From: Lingula anatina
Lineage: Eukaryota; Animalia; Brachiopoda
Assembly (NCBI GenBank): GCA_051362555.1
Contig: CM120644.1
Coordinates: forward strand, 25,070,534-25,134,533
Length of the DNA stretch: 64,000 nucleotides
Reading direction: 5' to 3'
The notes beneath the pieces were generated by a model, which had not been told where the DNA came from, ran no database searches, and saw nothing but the letters and a program-made list of their open reading frames with translations. The position numbers and the translations under genes were made by a program. Positions 62,716-64,000 of the stretch are shown here, one piece after another (position 1 is the first letter of the stretch; each line of letters opens with the position of its first letter).

Positions 62716-63156
62716 GTTGATTGCAATTTATATAGCATTCCTTCTGGGAGAGATCGATCCGTAGTTAGTACGATAGGATCTGGGAACGGTCCCTTAATCG
62801 TTTTTGCCGTGTGCATATCCGAACTGTAGGCCTATATATCAGGACGCGTAATTGTCGGGGCGTCTTTTTTTTTTTCTTTTTTTATTTCACAAAGCGGTTC
62901 TTGCAAATGCGGTGTTTATGAATATGTGTGCTCTATGTTAGCGACATGGACCGACAGGGGCCCATTCAAAATATAATTTCACTTCAGTTGTTAGATTTAG
63001 TATTTATTCTAGCAGCCAGGTGTATAACAAACAGGTCAGATCTACAGGTGAAAAGAAGTGACTGTAGTTCGCAGAGCCATTATGTAATAATAAATGTTTC
63101 ATAATGTCATAGCCTTCTTCAAACTGTCAGGGGTAGATTAATTCATAGTTAGCTAA

Positions 63157-63369
63157 GGGGCCCTTTACACTGGACGGCGTCCTTTCTGCGTCCTGTAGTA
63201 CGGATCCATTTGAGAGTACAAAATTATAATACTTAACTTTCTGACAACTGGCCAATCACCAAATATTCATTTTTTTCAACCAAAGCAATGCTTGTACCTC
63301 CTTTCTACGACCACAGTGATGCCAGTTTCTTGGTCGCACAAAGGACGCCGCCCCAGTGTAAAGGGGGTT
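63157..63369. mobile_element. PIF/Harbinger-like MITE, copy 2
   Basis: Similar to 41375-41595. Confidence 0.75.
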
Positions 63370-63412
63370 TACGGACGATCCATTTACCCTTTTCATTTAC
63401 TCTGAAGTATCG

Positions 63413-63560
63413 AATAAAAGAACTGATGGAATAAAAGTACTGGGTGGAAAAAATCTCAAAATTTAATAAAAGTACTGATGGAATAAAAGTACTGGGTGTA
63501 AAAAATCTCGAAATTTAATAAAAGTACTAGATGGAATAAAAGTACTGGGTGGAAAAAACC
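63413..63560. repeat. ~52-bp tandem repeat with AATAAAAGTACT subunits
   Basis: Direct reading, ~3 copies. Confidence 0.8.
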
Positions 63561-64000
63561 TTTGCACCACACCCCCCCCCCAAAAAAAAAAAAAATGAAA
63601 TAAATAATTATAAATAAAAGTAAAGAAGAAGAAGAGAAAGAAAAAAGCTAGCTATTGATCATTGTAAAAAAAAAAAATTCACCAGGTAAAATTCACTCAG
63701 TATTATAATTTATCTTCAGTCATTCTTTGCTAGTGGTGCACTGCAGGGGGGCCATAACAAGAATGTTATTTAAATTTAGATAGCCAACCAAATTCTCATG
63801 ACATCGTTGTGTATGTTTCAATAACAAATCAAAGAAGCTGCATGAGCAAGGAGGATGTTGTTATAAAAGCAAAAAAATAGAAAAAGCAGAAAATATATCG
63901 AAATAACCCTCAAAATGGCGTCCTTTTTTGTGGAATTTTGACCCTACCTCTATTTAAGAACAGTTTGTTTAGGGTTTGAATGGATTATTGAAGCAGGAAA

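Overview
AT-rich, intron-containing, repeat-dense metazoan DNA that looks like an invertebrate (probably lophotrochozoan; the species cannot be determined from sequence). Host genes reconstructed by hand from GT-AG sites: (1) a minus-strand TARBP2/PACT/Loquacious-like gene (CDS 29656-37969), (2) a minus-strand ~109-aa death-domain-only gene (14922-17176) with an orphan paralogous start exon at 11204-11258, and (3) a plus-strand two-exon ~594-aa coiled-coil + death-domain gene (54288-56471). The most striking structure is in gene 1. Most of dsRBD1 is replaced by an array of six 9-15 nt, phase-1 symmetric micro-exons that sit in tandemly duplicated intron units, and the 258-nt dsRBD2 exon is duplicated in tandem. 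The rest is mobile or repetitive DNA: a ~2.7-kb-arm inverted repeat, a Penelope-like element with inverted arms and minimal hammerhead motifs, an integrase-only Gypsy element with identical LTRs plus a solo LTR, a Tc1 pseudogene, hAT-, Harbinger- and Ginger-like non-autonomous elements, LINE remnants and several minisatellites. All alignments and gene models were made by eye, with no database search or expression data.
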